The notes: generated from the letters alone by a model not told the origin. 64,000 nt of DNA from Bacillota bacterium (GCA_023409435.1 JAEYHP010000055.1:15773-79772); one strand, 5' to 3'; counted from the stretch's first letter, positions 1 to 8,774 are shown. Made by a program: numbers and translations.

Positions 1-678
1 AATCTCGCCGAAAGCCTCCGCTATATCGCGGTGCTCGTACAGCCTTTCCTGACCGGAACGCCCAAGGAAATGTTCAAACAGCTGGGCGTCGCGGGGGAGG
101 AACTGACTTCCATGGACAGCCTGAAGAAATTCGGCGCGTTAAAGCCCGGTACGCGTGTGCAAAAGGGTGAGGCGCTGTTCCCGCGCATCGACGTCAAGAA
201 GGAGCTTGCGGAGCTGGAAACGGAGACCCTAGCCGCTCAGGCCGCAGCTGCTGCAAAGAACGTGGCCGCCGCAAAGCCGGAAGCCGCAAAGGTTGAGGCC
301 GCGCCTGCCGCGCCCGCAGAAAGCAAGCATGCGGACGAAGACCCGCTGCCCGAGATCGACTACGCGGATTTTGCTAAGCTGGATTTGCGCCTGGCGAAAG
401 TCCTTGCCTGCGAGGAAATCAAGCACAGCAAGAAGCTTCTTAAGCTTACCCTCAAAGTAGGCGAGGAAGAACGCACGGTGGTTTCCGGCATCAAGACCTG
501 GTATCAGACTGACGACCTTGTGGGCAAGACGGTGGTGCTGGTCGCAAACCTCAAACCCATCGTCCTTGCAGGCGTCGAAAGCCGCGGCATGATACTCTGC
601 GCTTCCGATCAGGAAGACGTCAACCTTTCCGCGCTGACCACGATGGCGGAGATGGCTGATGGTTTGAAAGTAAGATAA
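1..678 (+). CDS. metG: methionine--tRNA ligase, C-terminal fragment (5' end lies upstream of the window)
   Basis: The frame is open from base 1 to TAA 676-678. An Ala/Glu-rich linker is followed by the OB-fold tRNA-binding (Trbp111/EMAP-like) domain (DLRLAKVLACEEIKHSKKLLKLTLKVGEEERTVVSGIKTWY...VANLKP...GMILCASD), as in long-form MetRS. Confidence 0.85.
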   Translation, partial: NLAESLRYIAVLVQPFLTGTPKEMFKQLGVAGEELTSMDSLKKFGALKPGTRVQKGEALFPRIDVKKELAELETETLAAQAAAAAKNVAAAKPEAAKVEAAPAAPAESKHADEDPLPEIDYADFAKLDLRLAKVLACEEIKHSKKLLKLTLKVGEEERTVVSGIKTWYQTDDLVGKTVVLVANLKPIVLAGVESRGMILCASDQEDVNLSALTTMAEMADGLKVR

Positions 679-679
679 T

Positions 680-720
680 CTTCTCTTCTTTCCACGAAAG
701 AAGAGAAGCAGAAGAAAGCG
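680..720 (-). repeat. CTTTC-rich hairpin repeat, copy 1 (inverted relative to copies at 22856 and 60623)
   Basis: Palindrome cttctcttctttccacgaaagaagagaag plus flank cagaagaaagcg. The reverse complement aligns with gctttcttttgKttcttttctttcgtggaaagaaaagaa at the other two sites. Confidence 0.7.
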
Positions 721-726
721 TAACAT

Positions 727-764
727 TTGTCCAAGTGATGTAAGTCACTTGGACAAAATTTTAG
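727..764 (+). terminator. putative terminator hairpin downstream of metG
   Basis: Perfect 12-bp stem ttgtccaagtga / tcacttggacaa followed by aattttag. Confidence 0.45.
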
Positions 765-843
765 ACAATATATAGGTTTTTCTTTTGCAGCTTTTCTTTT
801 TGCAAAAAGAAAAGCGCGTACCCAATTACGAAAGAGGCATGCC

Positions 844-1611
844 ATGCGCTTATTTGACACCCACGCCCATCTGCTGGATGAGCGGTTTGACGAAGATCGG
901 GAGGCTATTATGGCGTCCCTGCCCGAAAAAAACATTGCGTACATGCTGGAGGCGTGCACACAGGTGCCGGACGCGGAGAAGACGCTCGCGTTTGCACATA
1001 AATACCCGTTTGTTGTGGCTGCGCTCGGCACGCACCCGCATGAGGCGGCGGGCATGGCGGATGCGCATCTGGCGCTGCTTGAAACGCTGCTCAGCGATGA
1101 AAAGGCTGTCGCCGCAGGCGAGATCGGCTTAGACTACCATTACGATTTCTCCCCGCGCGACGTACAGAAGAAATGGTTTTCAGAGCAGTTGACGCTTGCC
1201 CGCGCAAAGAAACTGCCCGCCGTACTGCATGTTCGCGAAGCCGACGGCGACGCGCTTAGTTTGCTGCGCGCGCAGAAGGACGGGCTGACGGGCGTCATGC
1301 ACTGCTTTTCGGGCAGCTATGAAACGGCGAAAGCCTGCCTCGATCTGGGTCTCTATATCGCGTTCGGCGGTGCGCTGACGTTTCAGAACGCAAAAAGGGC
1401 GCTTGAGATCGCAGCGAAGCTGCCCATGGACCGGCTTTTGATCGAGACCGACTGTCCCTACATGACGCCCGTGCCCTTCCGGGGTAAACGTAACGACCCC
1501 TCGCTTGTGCGGCTCGTATGCGAAAAGCTGGCGGAACTCAGGCAGATGGATGTGGAAGAGGTCGCGGAACTCACGCTGCAAAACGGGCTGCGGTTGTTCC
1601 AAATGGCCTGA
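844..1611 (+). CDS. tatD: TatD family metal-dependent hydrolase/DNase
   Basis: 255 aa. N-terminal MRLFDTHAHL motif, then GEIGLDYHY, VLHVREA, GVMHCFSG and LLIETDCPYMTP, all typical TatD metal-ligand motifs. RBS aaagagg lies 6 nt upstream. Confidence 0.9.
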   Translation: MRLFDTHAHLLDERFDEDREAIMASLPEKNIAYMLEACTQVPDAEKTLAFAHKYPFVVAALGTHPHEAAGMADAHLALLETLLSDEKAVAAGEIGLDYHYDFSPRDVQKKWFSEQLTLARAKKLPAVLHVREADGDALSLLRAQKDGLTGVMHCFSGSYETAKACLDLGLYIAFGGALTFQNAKRALEIAAKLPMDRLLIETDCPYMTPVPFRGKRNDPSLVRLVCEKLAELRQMDVEEVAELTLQNGLRLFQMA

Positions 1612-1656
1612 ATGCGGCGCCGGGCCTGGCAAACGGATGGATCGAGGGAATATTAA

Positions 1657-2199
1657 GTGGAGCAATATTACGTAAAGGAACTGAAAATAGAAGAACTGAA
1701 GGCGGGCCTGCTGTCCCGTTTTGACCGTTACCAGAAGGTCAAACGGGTTTGGTACAATGTGGCCGGAACCTGGGTGCTCAAAGACGACCCGTTTGTGGAG
1801 CAATGGAGCGATGAAAAGAAGGATGAAATTGTTCTTACGGAGATGGCCGAATGTGTGAATTCCAGCGGGGCAGTTTGGGGTGTGTTCAATCCGAACAGCG
1901 AGGTGATCGGGTTCGCGATCCTCTCCGCAGAGCCGCTTGGGAGCGGGAGGCAGTATTTGAAACTGGCACAGTTGCATATCTCCTATGGGCATCGGGGCGG
2001 GGGGATCGGAAAGAAGCTGTTTTTAGCCTGCGCACATAAGGCAAAGGAGATGGGGGCGTCAAAGCTTTATATTTCCGGGCATTCTTCGGAGGAAAGCCAG
2101 GGTTTCTATAAAGCCGTGGGCTGCGTGGACGTTGAGGAACCGGATCAACATTCAGTTGATTTGGAGCCGTATGACAGGCAATTGGAATATTGCTTATAG
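1657..2199 (+). CDS. GNAT family N-acetyltransferase
   Basis: 180 aa with a GTG start. Acetyl-CoA binding motif HRGGGIGKKLFLACAHKAKEMGASKLYIS and downstream QGFYKAVGC. Confidence 0.75.
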   Translation: MEQYYVKELKIEELKAGLLSRFDRYQKVKRVWYNVAGTWVLKDDPFVEQWSDEKKDEIVLTEMAECVNSSGAVWGVFNPNSEVIGFAILSAEPLGSGRQYLKLAQLHISYGHRGGGIGKKLFLACAHKAKEMGASKLYISGHSSEESQGFYKAVGCVDVEEPDQHSVDLEPYDRQLEYCL

Positions 2200-2229
2200 C
2201 CTTATTTGAAAGCAGATCAATAAGAAAAC

Positions 2230-2257
2230 AAAAGCGGAGGAATTTCCTCCGCTTTTG
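2230..2257. terminator. bidirectional terminator between convergent GNAT and beta-propeller genes
   Basis: aaaagcggaggaaatttcctccgctttt: a GC stem flanked by an A-run and a T-run. Confidence 0.7.
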
Positions 2258-2272
2258 CATTTGAGTCTGTTG

Positions 2273-4123
2273 CTAGCCGATCTTAATGCCGAGAATCTTC
2301 GGCGCTTCCCCGGACCCGGACAAACCGCGGGTACCTACCACCAGGTAATCCCCAAACACGGCGGGCGTGCTTTCGATGCGGGAGCCCATGTCGATCTCGT
2401 TGAGTACTTCGCCGGTACGCGCGTCGAACATCCGCATCATGCCGTTGCGGTCGCTCTGGAGCACATAGGCGTTTTCGTTCGCATCATAGATGACGACAGG
2501 CGAGCTCCAGAAATCGCGGTATTGCTCATAGCGCCATACTTCCTCGCCCGTCTCCTTGTTGTAGGCGACGAGCCTTCCGCCGTTGCCGGTCTTCGTTTCC
2601 CCGTTTTCCGTATAGGTCACGGGTACGAGCGTGGCATTGTAAATCACGAGGTTGCTAATGTTGCCATGGCCCACGTGCGGGGTTGTGAGCGTTCCGCCGT
2701 TGCTGGAGGTATTGCCATAGCGCGCCTCCCATTCTTTTTCCCATATGATTTTCCCGGTGCGCCCGTCTATCTTGCGGTGGTAGCTCTTGCCCCCGCCCGC
2801 GGCTTTCGCGCCGGGCTGCTTATCCACTTCGTTGGCGGTGTAGAGGTAGAACGTCTGGTTCGCGACGTCCTCTTCAATGACGATTGAGGTATCGCTGTCG
2901 TCCGTGACGTCCACCACGTACTGGAGTTTGAACGTGTTGAGGTCCAGGCATTGGAGCCTCCCGCCGTTGTCGGTAAAGAACGCATAGTTGTGGAACACGG
3001 CCACGGAGTTTTCAATGCCCGGCCAGCGCTTGTCGCTTTCATCCGCAAAGCCGTAGCCGTCGCCCTTGTAGCGGTACTTCTGCCGCGGGCCGGGGTTGAC
3101 GGAAACGGTGCCCGCGGCGGGGTCAAAGTTGGAGTTAAGCTTAAATGTGTTGAATACGCCGTTCTCGCCGGGGACGATGATGGTATCCGTCGCGGCGTTC
3201 ACAAGGGGGCTTGAGTCATACGCCTGCCAGCCGCGGTAGGAGAACGGGTCCTTGCCGCCAAACTTCCAGACAACCTTGTTCTGTATGAGGTCGATGATGC
3301 GGAACCATGCGCCGGTAGCGCCGTCCTCGGAGCTTGTGATGCCCTGGCCGGTATACAGCAGGGGATAGCCGCGCGGGTCAAGAGAGGCCGTGCCCTTGGT
3401 GACTACGCCGATGTTGATCGGGTCGCGCGTGGGTTCGCCGCTTTCCAGCTCCAGAAAATAGATGTGGCCGTCCATTGTGCAGTAGATGACTTCCACAAAA
3501 TTGTCCTTGTTCTTGAACTCGTCATACACGCCTAAGACTTTGCGGGTCTCTTCCGGCCACTGCACGATTAAAGGCATGCCCGTCCAGCCGGTACCCGTCC
3601 AGGTGCCCATGGAGGTGTTGAGCGAGCCGATCTCCTTTTCCCACACGCGGGTGAGCGAGTTTTCCGCTACCGTCTGTGTGCCGTAGGTGAATGTATTGCG
3701 GTAATTGCTGCCGCCGAACGTGATGAGGCCGGGCAGCGCGGTATAGGCTTTGTCGTCCCCGAAACGCATGTCCTCCCCGCGGTCAAACGTATCGGTCTCC
3801 TGCTCGTTGATCATCAGGCTTGTCTCAAAACCGAAGTTACTTGGGTTCGCTTCCGCCACCGGCTCTATGGAAAGGTCGGGTGCAAGCGTGGGTATCGGCG
3901 TGGGCGTGGGCGACGCTTCGGGCAGCGTTTCCCCGGGGGACGGCGCAGGCGTGGTGATGGGGAGTACGCCGTCAAGCGGGCCTTCCCCGTCGCCGCTTAA
4001 AAGCTGAATGCCAACGAGCACGATCGCGACGATGGCGCAGATCATGATAACAAACAACAAAAACCGTCTCCAGTTCACGGTACGGCTGCGGCGGAGCTGC
4101 CGCCCTCTGCGGCTTCTTCTCAT
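2273..4123 (-). CDS. membrane-anchored PQQ-like beta-propeller repeat protein
   Basis: The ATG at 4123 (RBS aaggagg 8 nt upstream) is preferred over the TTG at 4129. Basic N-terminus plus one TM (FLLFVIMICAIVAIVLVGIQLL), a Pro/Thr linker, then repeated propeller blades (WxxxxxG... e.g. VVWKFGG, EEVWRY, VVIYD...VLQSDRNGMMRMFDARTGEV). Confidence 0.7.
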   Translation of the reverse strand: MRRSRRGRQLRRSRTVNWRRFLLFVIMICAIVAIVLVGIQLLSGDGEGPLDGVLPITTPAPSPGETLPEASPTPTPIPTLAPDLSIEPVAEANPSNFGFETSLMINEQETDTFDRGEDMRFGDDKAYTALPGLITFGGSNYRNTFTYGTQTVAENSLTRVWEKEIGSLNTSMGTWTGTGWTGMPLIVQWPEETRKVLGVYDEFKNKDNFVEVIYCTMDGHIYFLELESGEPTRDPINIGVVTKGTASLDPRGYPLLYTGQGITSSEDGATGAWFRIIDLIQNKVVWKFGGKDPFSYRGWQAYDSSPLVNAATDTIIVPGENGVFNTFKLNSNFDPAAGTVSVNPGPRQKYRYKGDGYGFADESDKRWPGIENSVAVFHNYAFFTDNGGRLQCLDLNTFKLQYVVDVTDDSDTSIVIEEDVANQTFYLYTANEVDKQPGAKAAGGGKSYHRKIDGRTGKIIWEKEWEARYGNTSSNGGTLTTPHVGHGNISNLVIYNATLVPVTYTENGETKTGNGGRLVAYNKETGEEVWRYEQYRDFWSSPVVIYDANENAYVLQSDRNGMMRMFDARTGEVLNEIDMGSRIESTPAVFGDYLVVGTRGLSGSGEAPKILGIKIG

Positions 4124-4171
4124 GTGCAATTCCTCCTTATGGCGCGGATAATATGGAAGATCGTCCCATTG

Positions 4172-5047
4172 TTATCCGTTGTCTGCGTTCTTATAATACC
4201 GTATCAGCGCCTGTGTGCCAAGGTCCTGAAATCCGCGCTCGCACAAATCCCCATACATGGCGGCGACAGTGGAGAGCATGGGCAGCATCAGTTCCGCGTC
4301 CCGCGCTTCTCCGAGCGCGATATTCATATCCTTGACAAAATGCTTGATATAGAAACCCGGCGCGTCATTTTTGTGCAGCATCTTTGGCCCGTTGTTCGCA
4401 AGCTGAAAGCTCGAGGCCGCACCCCCGCTGATGGCGCTTACAACAGCCTCGGCATTAAGCCCGACCGCTTTCACATAGGAAATAGCCTCGCTTACGCCTG
4501 CGACCGCGCCCGCCACGGCAATTTGGTTCGCCATTTTGGTATGCTGCCCTGCGCCTGCCCCGCCGATGCGGGAAACGGCCTTACCCATGCAATTGAAAAG
4601 CGGCAGCGCTCGCCCATACGCTTCTTCGTCCCCGCCCGCCATAATGGCAAGCGTGGCATTCTTGGCGCCGATATCCCCGCCGGAAACGGGCGCGTCGAGC
4701 GCCGACAGCCCGCGCTGCTTCGCTTCTTCATAGATGCGCTTTGCGAGCCTGGGGCTGCTGGTGGTCATATCGATCAGCACCGTACCGGGTTTTGCCGCAG
4801 AAAACAACCCTTTTGCGCCGAAATACGTTTCCTCCACATCATGGGGGTAGCCAACCATGGTGATTGCGAATTCGGCGTCCTTTACGCAGTCTGCCGGGGT
4901 ATCTTTCCAGACCGCGCCTTTGTTCAGTAGCGTCTGCGCTTTTTCGCGGGTGCGGTTATACACAAAGAGCGCATGCCCCGCGTCCAACAGGTGGCCCGCC
5001 ATGGCTGCGCCCATAATGCCCGTACCGATAAAAGCGATTGCGGACAT
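4172..5047 (-). CDS. NAD(P)-dependent oxidoreductase, 3-hydroxyisobutyrate / 2-hydroxy-3-oxopropionate reductase family
   Basis: 291 aa. Rossmann motif IAFIGTGIMGAAMAGHL, then DAPVSGG and the conserved C-terminal KD...A helix bundle. RBS aaggagg. Confidence 0.85.
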   Translation of the reverse strand: MSAIAFIGTGIMGAAMAGHLLDAGHALFVYNRTREKAQTLLNKGAVWKDTPADCVKDAEFAITMVGYPHDVEETYFGAKGLFSAAKPGTVLIDMTTSSPRLAKRIYEEAKQRGLSALDAPVSGGDIGAKNATLAIMAGGDEEAYGRALPLFNCMGKAVSRIGGAGAGQHTKMANQIAVAGAVAGVSEAISYVKAVGLNAEAVVSAISGGAASSFQLANNGPKMLHKNDAPGFYIKHFVKDMNIALGEARDAELMLPMLSTVAAMYGDLCERGFQDLGTQALIRYYKNADNG

Positions 5048-5111
5048 AAGAATTCCTCCTTGCCTATATTGGAAGACGTTAATATCACAGGGAAATGTTT
5101 CCCTGAAATTT

Positions 5112-5150
5112 TGCTTTTGAAAAGGACGGCAGGCGCAGTATGCGCACCCG
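5112..5150 (-). terminator. putative terminator of the NlpC/P60 gene
   Basis: The minus strand reads aaaggacgggtgcgcatactgcgcctgccgtccttttcaaaag: an imperfect GC hairpin plus a T-run. Confidence 0.5.
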
Positions 5151-5219
5151 TCCTTTAGAGCTTAAAACGTGATTCGAGCAGGAATGCGGCGGGAGCATGC
5201 TCCCGCCGCATTATATTTT

Positions 5220-6425
5220 TTACCAGGGCCTCCGTGCGCAGACAAAGTGGCTCTTCCAGTAGGAGGTTGTGGCCGAGCGGCGCACCACCTTGCCGTTGGC
5301 AGAGGAAGCATCCACCATTTCGCCGTTGCCGATGTAGATGCCCACGTGGCCGACCTTAGTCTTTCCGTCATTGTAGAAGAATATCAGGTCGCCCTTTTTG
5401 AGATCACTGTAGCTTGTGATCTTCTGCCAGTCGCTCACGTTGGAGTAACCAGCCGCGTTGAGTCTTCTGCGGTTGGAGCCCGCTTCCTTGAGGCAGTAGT
5501 ACACGAGACCGGAGCAGTCGAACGTGTTCGGCCCCTCGTTGCCGAGTATGTATTTGTCCCCCAGCTGCTTTTTGGCAGTTTCGATCATGACGTCGATATT
5601 CGCCTTGCGCCGCTCTTCCTTGGCCATGTTCGGGCTCTGCTTGGCGTCGTCGGAGTTGATCATATCGAACGTCTTTTGCCCAGCTTTGCCGTCCGCATGC
5701 AGGCCGTTTTCCTTCTGGAAGGCCTTGACGGCCTCTATGGTTTCCGTGCCGTAATAGCCCGTGGTCTTGGAAAGGTAGCCAAGCGCTTTCAACTGGCGCT
5801 GGAAGTTGTCCACATCCGTGCCGCTTGTGCCTTCGAGCAGCGTATATTTCTGTGCTTCGTCGGAATAGATGAGCGCCAATGTCTGCGCCCCTGCGTAGCC
5901 GTCCTGCTCCAAATCGTGCTGGCGCTGGAAGAGCTGTACGGCGTACTTGGTGGCGGGGCCAAAGTGCTGCGTGGGTTCGTCGATATCGAGGTACCCAAGG
6001 TGCATCAACCGGTTCTGCAGGTCGGTGACAGCTTCGCTGTCCGCAACGCCTTCATAAAGCGAAGGGTCGGGCGTGGGCGTGGGAACGGGAGTCGGTTCGG
6101 GGGTGGGTTCGGGCGTTGCCGCCGGAAGCTCCAGCACCATGCTTTGCGTATCCGCTCCCGTATTGACGGAATCGCTCGCAAGCACAATGGGCGCAGGCGT
6201 TGCCGCCGCGTTGGCGGAGGCGGTCTTGCCGGGCGAAGCGATCAGAAGTATCGCGCCTACGACCACGCCTGCCGTCACCACGCCCGCCGTCACGCGGCCC
6301 GCGGGCCGGAGCGCCGAAAGGGCGTTGCGTATGCGGAGTATCAGTAACGCAAGCATGCGCGCTGCACGGTACCGGGTGCGTTTCACTGGGTTCAGACGGA
6401 TTTGTCTGCGTCGTCTGACAGCCAT
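5220..6425 (-). CDS. cell-wall hydrolase: TM anchor + three peptidoglycan-binding (PGBD1-like) repeats + C-terminal NlpC/P60 (C40) peptidase
   Basis: 401 aa. Repeated LQxxLxxLGYLxxxxxGxFGxxTxxAVxxFQ units. C40 catalytic region FDCSGLVYYCLKEAG...GHVGIYIGNGEMVDASS. RBS taaggaggg. Confidence 0.85.
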   Translation of the reverse strand: MAVRRRRQIRLNPVKRTRYRAARMLALLILRIRNALSALRPAGRVTAGVVTAGVVVGAILLIASPGKTASANAAATPAPIVLASDSVNTGADTQSMVLELPAATPEPTPEPTPVPTPTPDPSLYEGVADSEAVTDLQNRLMHLGYLDIDEPTQHFGPATKYAVQLFQRQHDLEQDGYAGAQTLALIYSDEAQKYTLLEGTSGTDVDNFQRQLKALGYLSKTTGYYGTETIEAVKAFQKENGLHADGKAGQKTFDMINSDDAKQSPNMAKEERRKANIDVMIETAKKQLGDKYILGNEGPNTFDCSGLVYYCLKEAGSNRRRLNAAGYSNVSDWQKITSYSDLKKGDLIFFYNDGKTKVGHVGIYIGNGEMVDASSANGKVVRRSATTSYWKSHFVCARRPW

Positions 6426-6638
6426 GCGTCCCTCCTTATATCAATCACGAATATTGCCTGTATTCCATATGGGTATTCCTGAAATCCATTCTATCCTTTT
6501 TTTCGACAAGAGGCAATTGCGCGGTGCATTTGTTTATGCCCTATTCATAATTTTAGCCCGTTTCCTCGCCCTGCGGGCGCTATTTGGGGGGCTACGGGCT
6601 TAAATGCACCTTTTTATGCAATAAGTGGGCATGACACC

Positions 6639-6666
6639 TTGACAAACAGCCCCAATCTTGCGCATA
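6639..6666 (+). promoter_or_regulatory. candidate sigma-A promoter for the glyQS leader
   Basis: TTGACA at 6639-6644. The best -10 candidates (catact / tactat) sit at an 18-20 nt spacing, so the assignment is tentative. Confidence 0.35.
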
Positions 6667-6669
6667 CTA

Positions 6670-6876
6670 TTTTAAGAAAAGCATACGGCGTGGATGGGAA
6701 TACGCGCGACAAAGCTGCTTACAGCGAGCCGGGGAAGGTGCAAGCCCGGCGGCAGAATACGCGCCTGGCGCCCGGAGCCGATTGTTCGATTAAGGTGGGC
6801 GGCGTTTGCCGCCAAAAAGGGTGGAACCGCGAGCATTGCCTCGTCCCTTTACGGGATGTGGGCAATTTTTTATTTT
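6670..6876 (+). promoter_or_regulatory. T-box leader (tRNA-sensing riboswitch) upstream of glyQS
   Basis: Conserved T-box core aaaagggtggaaccgcg at 6815-6832, followed by a terminator hairpin and the T-run caattttttatttt ending near 6875. A GGC-containing candidate specifier region is at ctggcgcc. Location is upstream of an aminoacyl-tRNA synthetase gene. Confidence 0.75.
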
Positions 6877-7150
6877 CACTGAAAATGCCCTTTGGGCATC
6901 TTCAGTGAGATTTCTCAAGGTTGGAATGCCGCTCATGGCGGCATGTCCTTCCACCGATTTGACGCACATGTCGTCAAATCGGATTGGAAGTGAGCAGGGG
7001 ATTGCGATCCCCCGCACCCCGTGGGAGGGCTTGCGCCATTCCCCTGCTGCCGGGACATCAGCGCCAAGCCTCCCTCTGACGAGGGAGGTGGCACGGCACA
7101 GCCATGCCGGAGGGAGAGAATTCCCCTCATCAGAGGGAGCCGAATAACTG
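6876..7150 (+). other. chain of at least 5 short GC-rich hairpins between the T-box terminator and the glyQS start
   Basis: Hairpins include cactgaaaatgccc/gggcatcttcagtg (6876-6906), ccgatttgacg/cgtcaaatcgg (6954-6982), aggggattgcgatcccc, cctccctctgacgagggagg and gagggagagaattcccctc. No credible ORF. Confidence 0.6.
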
Positions 7151-7217
7151 CTGCTCAAGGCGGCAATCCGTAGCTGTGTTTTTAAAAACTATGAAATCAA
7201 TCATACAGGAGGAACAT

Positions 7218-8603
7218 ATGGAAAAGACCATGGAAAAAATCGTGGCGCTGTGCAAGAACCGCGGGTTCATATTCCCCGGCTCCGAAATCTACGGGGGCTT
7301 AGCCAACGCGTGGGACTACGGCCCGCTGGGCGTGGAATTCAAAAACAACGTCAAGCGCGCCTGGTGGCGCAAGTTCGTGCAGGAAAGCCCCTACAACGTG
7401 GGCTTAGACGCGGCAATCTTAATGAATCCGCAGGTCTGGGTCGCATCCGGCCATGTGGGCGGCTTTTCCGATCCGCTGATGGACTGCAAGGCCTGCAAGG
7501 CCCGCTTCCGAGCGGATAAGCTCATTGAGGATTACGCGCACGAACATAGCCTCGATGTCCACCCCGATGGCTGGAACAACGCGCAGATGGAAGAGTACAT
7601 CCAGAAGCAGGGCATTTCCTGCCCCGAATGCGGCAAGGCGGAGTTTACCTCCATCCGTAAATTCAACCTCATGTTCAAGACGTTCCAGGGCGTAACGGAG
7701 GATAGCTCTTCTGAACTGTTCCTGCGTCCCGAGACCGCGCAGGGCATGTTCGTCAACTTCAAGAACGTGCAGCGCACCACCCGCAAGAAGATCCCCTTCG
7801 GCATCGCGCAGGTGGGCAAATCCTTCCGCAACGAAATCACGCCGGGCAACTTCACGTTCCGCACACGTGAGTTCGAGCAGATGGAGCTGGAGTTCTTCTG
7901 AGAACCCGGTACGGATTTGGAATGGTACGAGTATTGGAAGAGCTTCTGCAAGAACTGGCTGCTCGCTTTGGGTATGAAGCAGGAAAGCATGCGGCTTCGC
8001 GAGCATGAAAAGGAAGAGCTTTCCCACTACTCTAAGGGCACCACGGATATTGAGTTCCTCTTCCCGTTCGGCTGGGGCGAGCTTTGGGGCATTGCGGACC
8101 GTACGGATTTCGACTTAAAGCAGCACGCCAAGCACTCCGGAGAAAACATGGAGTACGTGGACCCGTTTGATAATCAGAAGAAGTACGTCCCCTACTGCGT
8201 GGAGCCCGCGTTGGGTGCGGACCGCGTGGCGCTTGCCTTCCTGTGCGACGCCTACGATGAGGAAACGCTTGAAGGTGGGGATGTTCGCACCGTGCTGCAC
8301 CTCCACCCCGCGCTTGCGCCCTACAAGGTCGCTATCCTGCCGCTGCAGAAGAAGCTTGGCGAGAAAGCGCAGGAAGTCTACGCAAAGCTTGCGAAGCACT
8401 GCATGGTGGATTACGACGAAAGCGGCGCAATCGGCCGCAGGTACCGCAGGCAGGACGAAATCGGCACCCCCATGTGCGTTACCGTGGATTTTGACACGCT
8501 CGAAGACGATACCGTCACCGTGCGAGATAGAGATACGATGCAGCAGATCCGCCTGCCCATCTCCGAGCTTCCCTCTTACGTGATGGCGAAGACGGAGTTT
8601 TAA
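7218..8603 (+). CDS. glyQS: glycine--tRNA ligase (single-chain GlyQS type), one frame interrupted by an in-frame TGA at 7899-7901
   Basis: ORFs 7104-7901 and 7917-8603 are in the same frame (both coordinates are 0 mod 3). The joined length is 461 codons. Sequence reads [34 protein letters not shown] ... [15 protein letters not shown][TGA][25 protein letters not shown] ... [15 protein letters not shown] aggagg before ATG 7218. Confidence 0.85.
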
Positions 8604-8626
8604 AGGGATCGCCTTGATACTTTTTC

Positions 8627-8774
8627 AGGGGCTTTGCCCCCGAATTCCCACCCAAGGGACATATCCCTTGGGAATCCCTTTTATCTGAAACGCTCCAAAT
8701 AGAGCGTTTCAGTGGATGGGTTCTTAGGGCCGTTACGGCCCTAAGCGGGTGTTTGAGGGCAGAGCCCTCAACGT
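8627..8774 (+). repeat. composite hairpin mosaic element, type 1 (modules G-H-F-A-B)
   Basis: Modules are G caggggctttgcccccg, H cccaagggacatatcccttggg, F ctgaaacgctccaaatagagcgtttcag, A gggttcttagggccgttacggccctaagcgg and B gtttgagggcagagccctcaacgt. The same module order occurs at 34113-34336 and, inverted, at 25626-25743. Confidence 0.8.

Noticed and set aside
6426-6640. Cyclic-di-AMP (ydaO-type) riboswitch upstream of the NlpC/P60 gene.
   Set aside because: None of the hallmark blocks I remember from ydaO leaders (GGGGACCCA, GGGGTGAATC, CCCGAACCCG, CTCGTAAGCG) are present on either strand.
7899-7960. Selenocysteine insertion (SECIS) as the explanation for the glyQS in-frame TGA.
   Set aside because: The sequence downstream of the TGA shows only a 4-bp GUAC self-complement and no convincing stem-loop at the expected distance. 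The replaced Cys is not a known redox-active residue, and no sel genes are in the window. Selenocysteine stays a formal possibility but is not supported.
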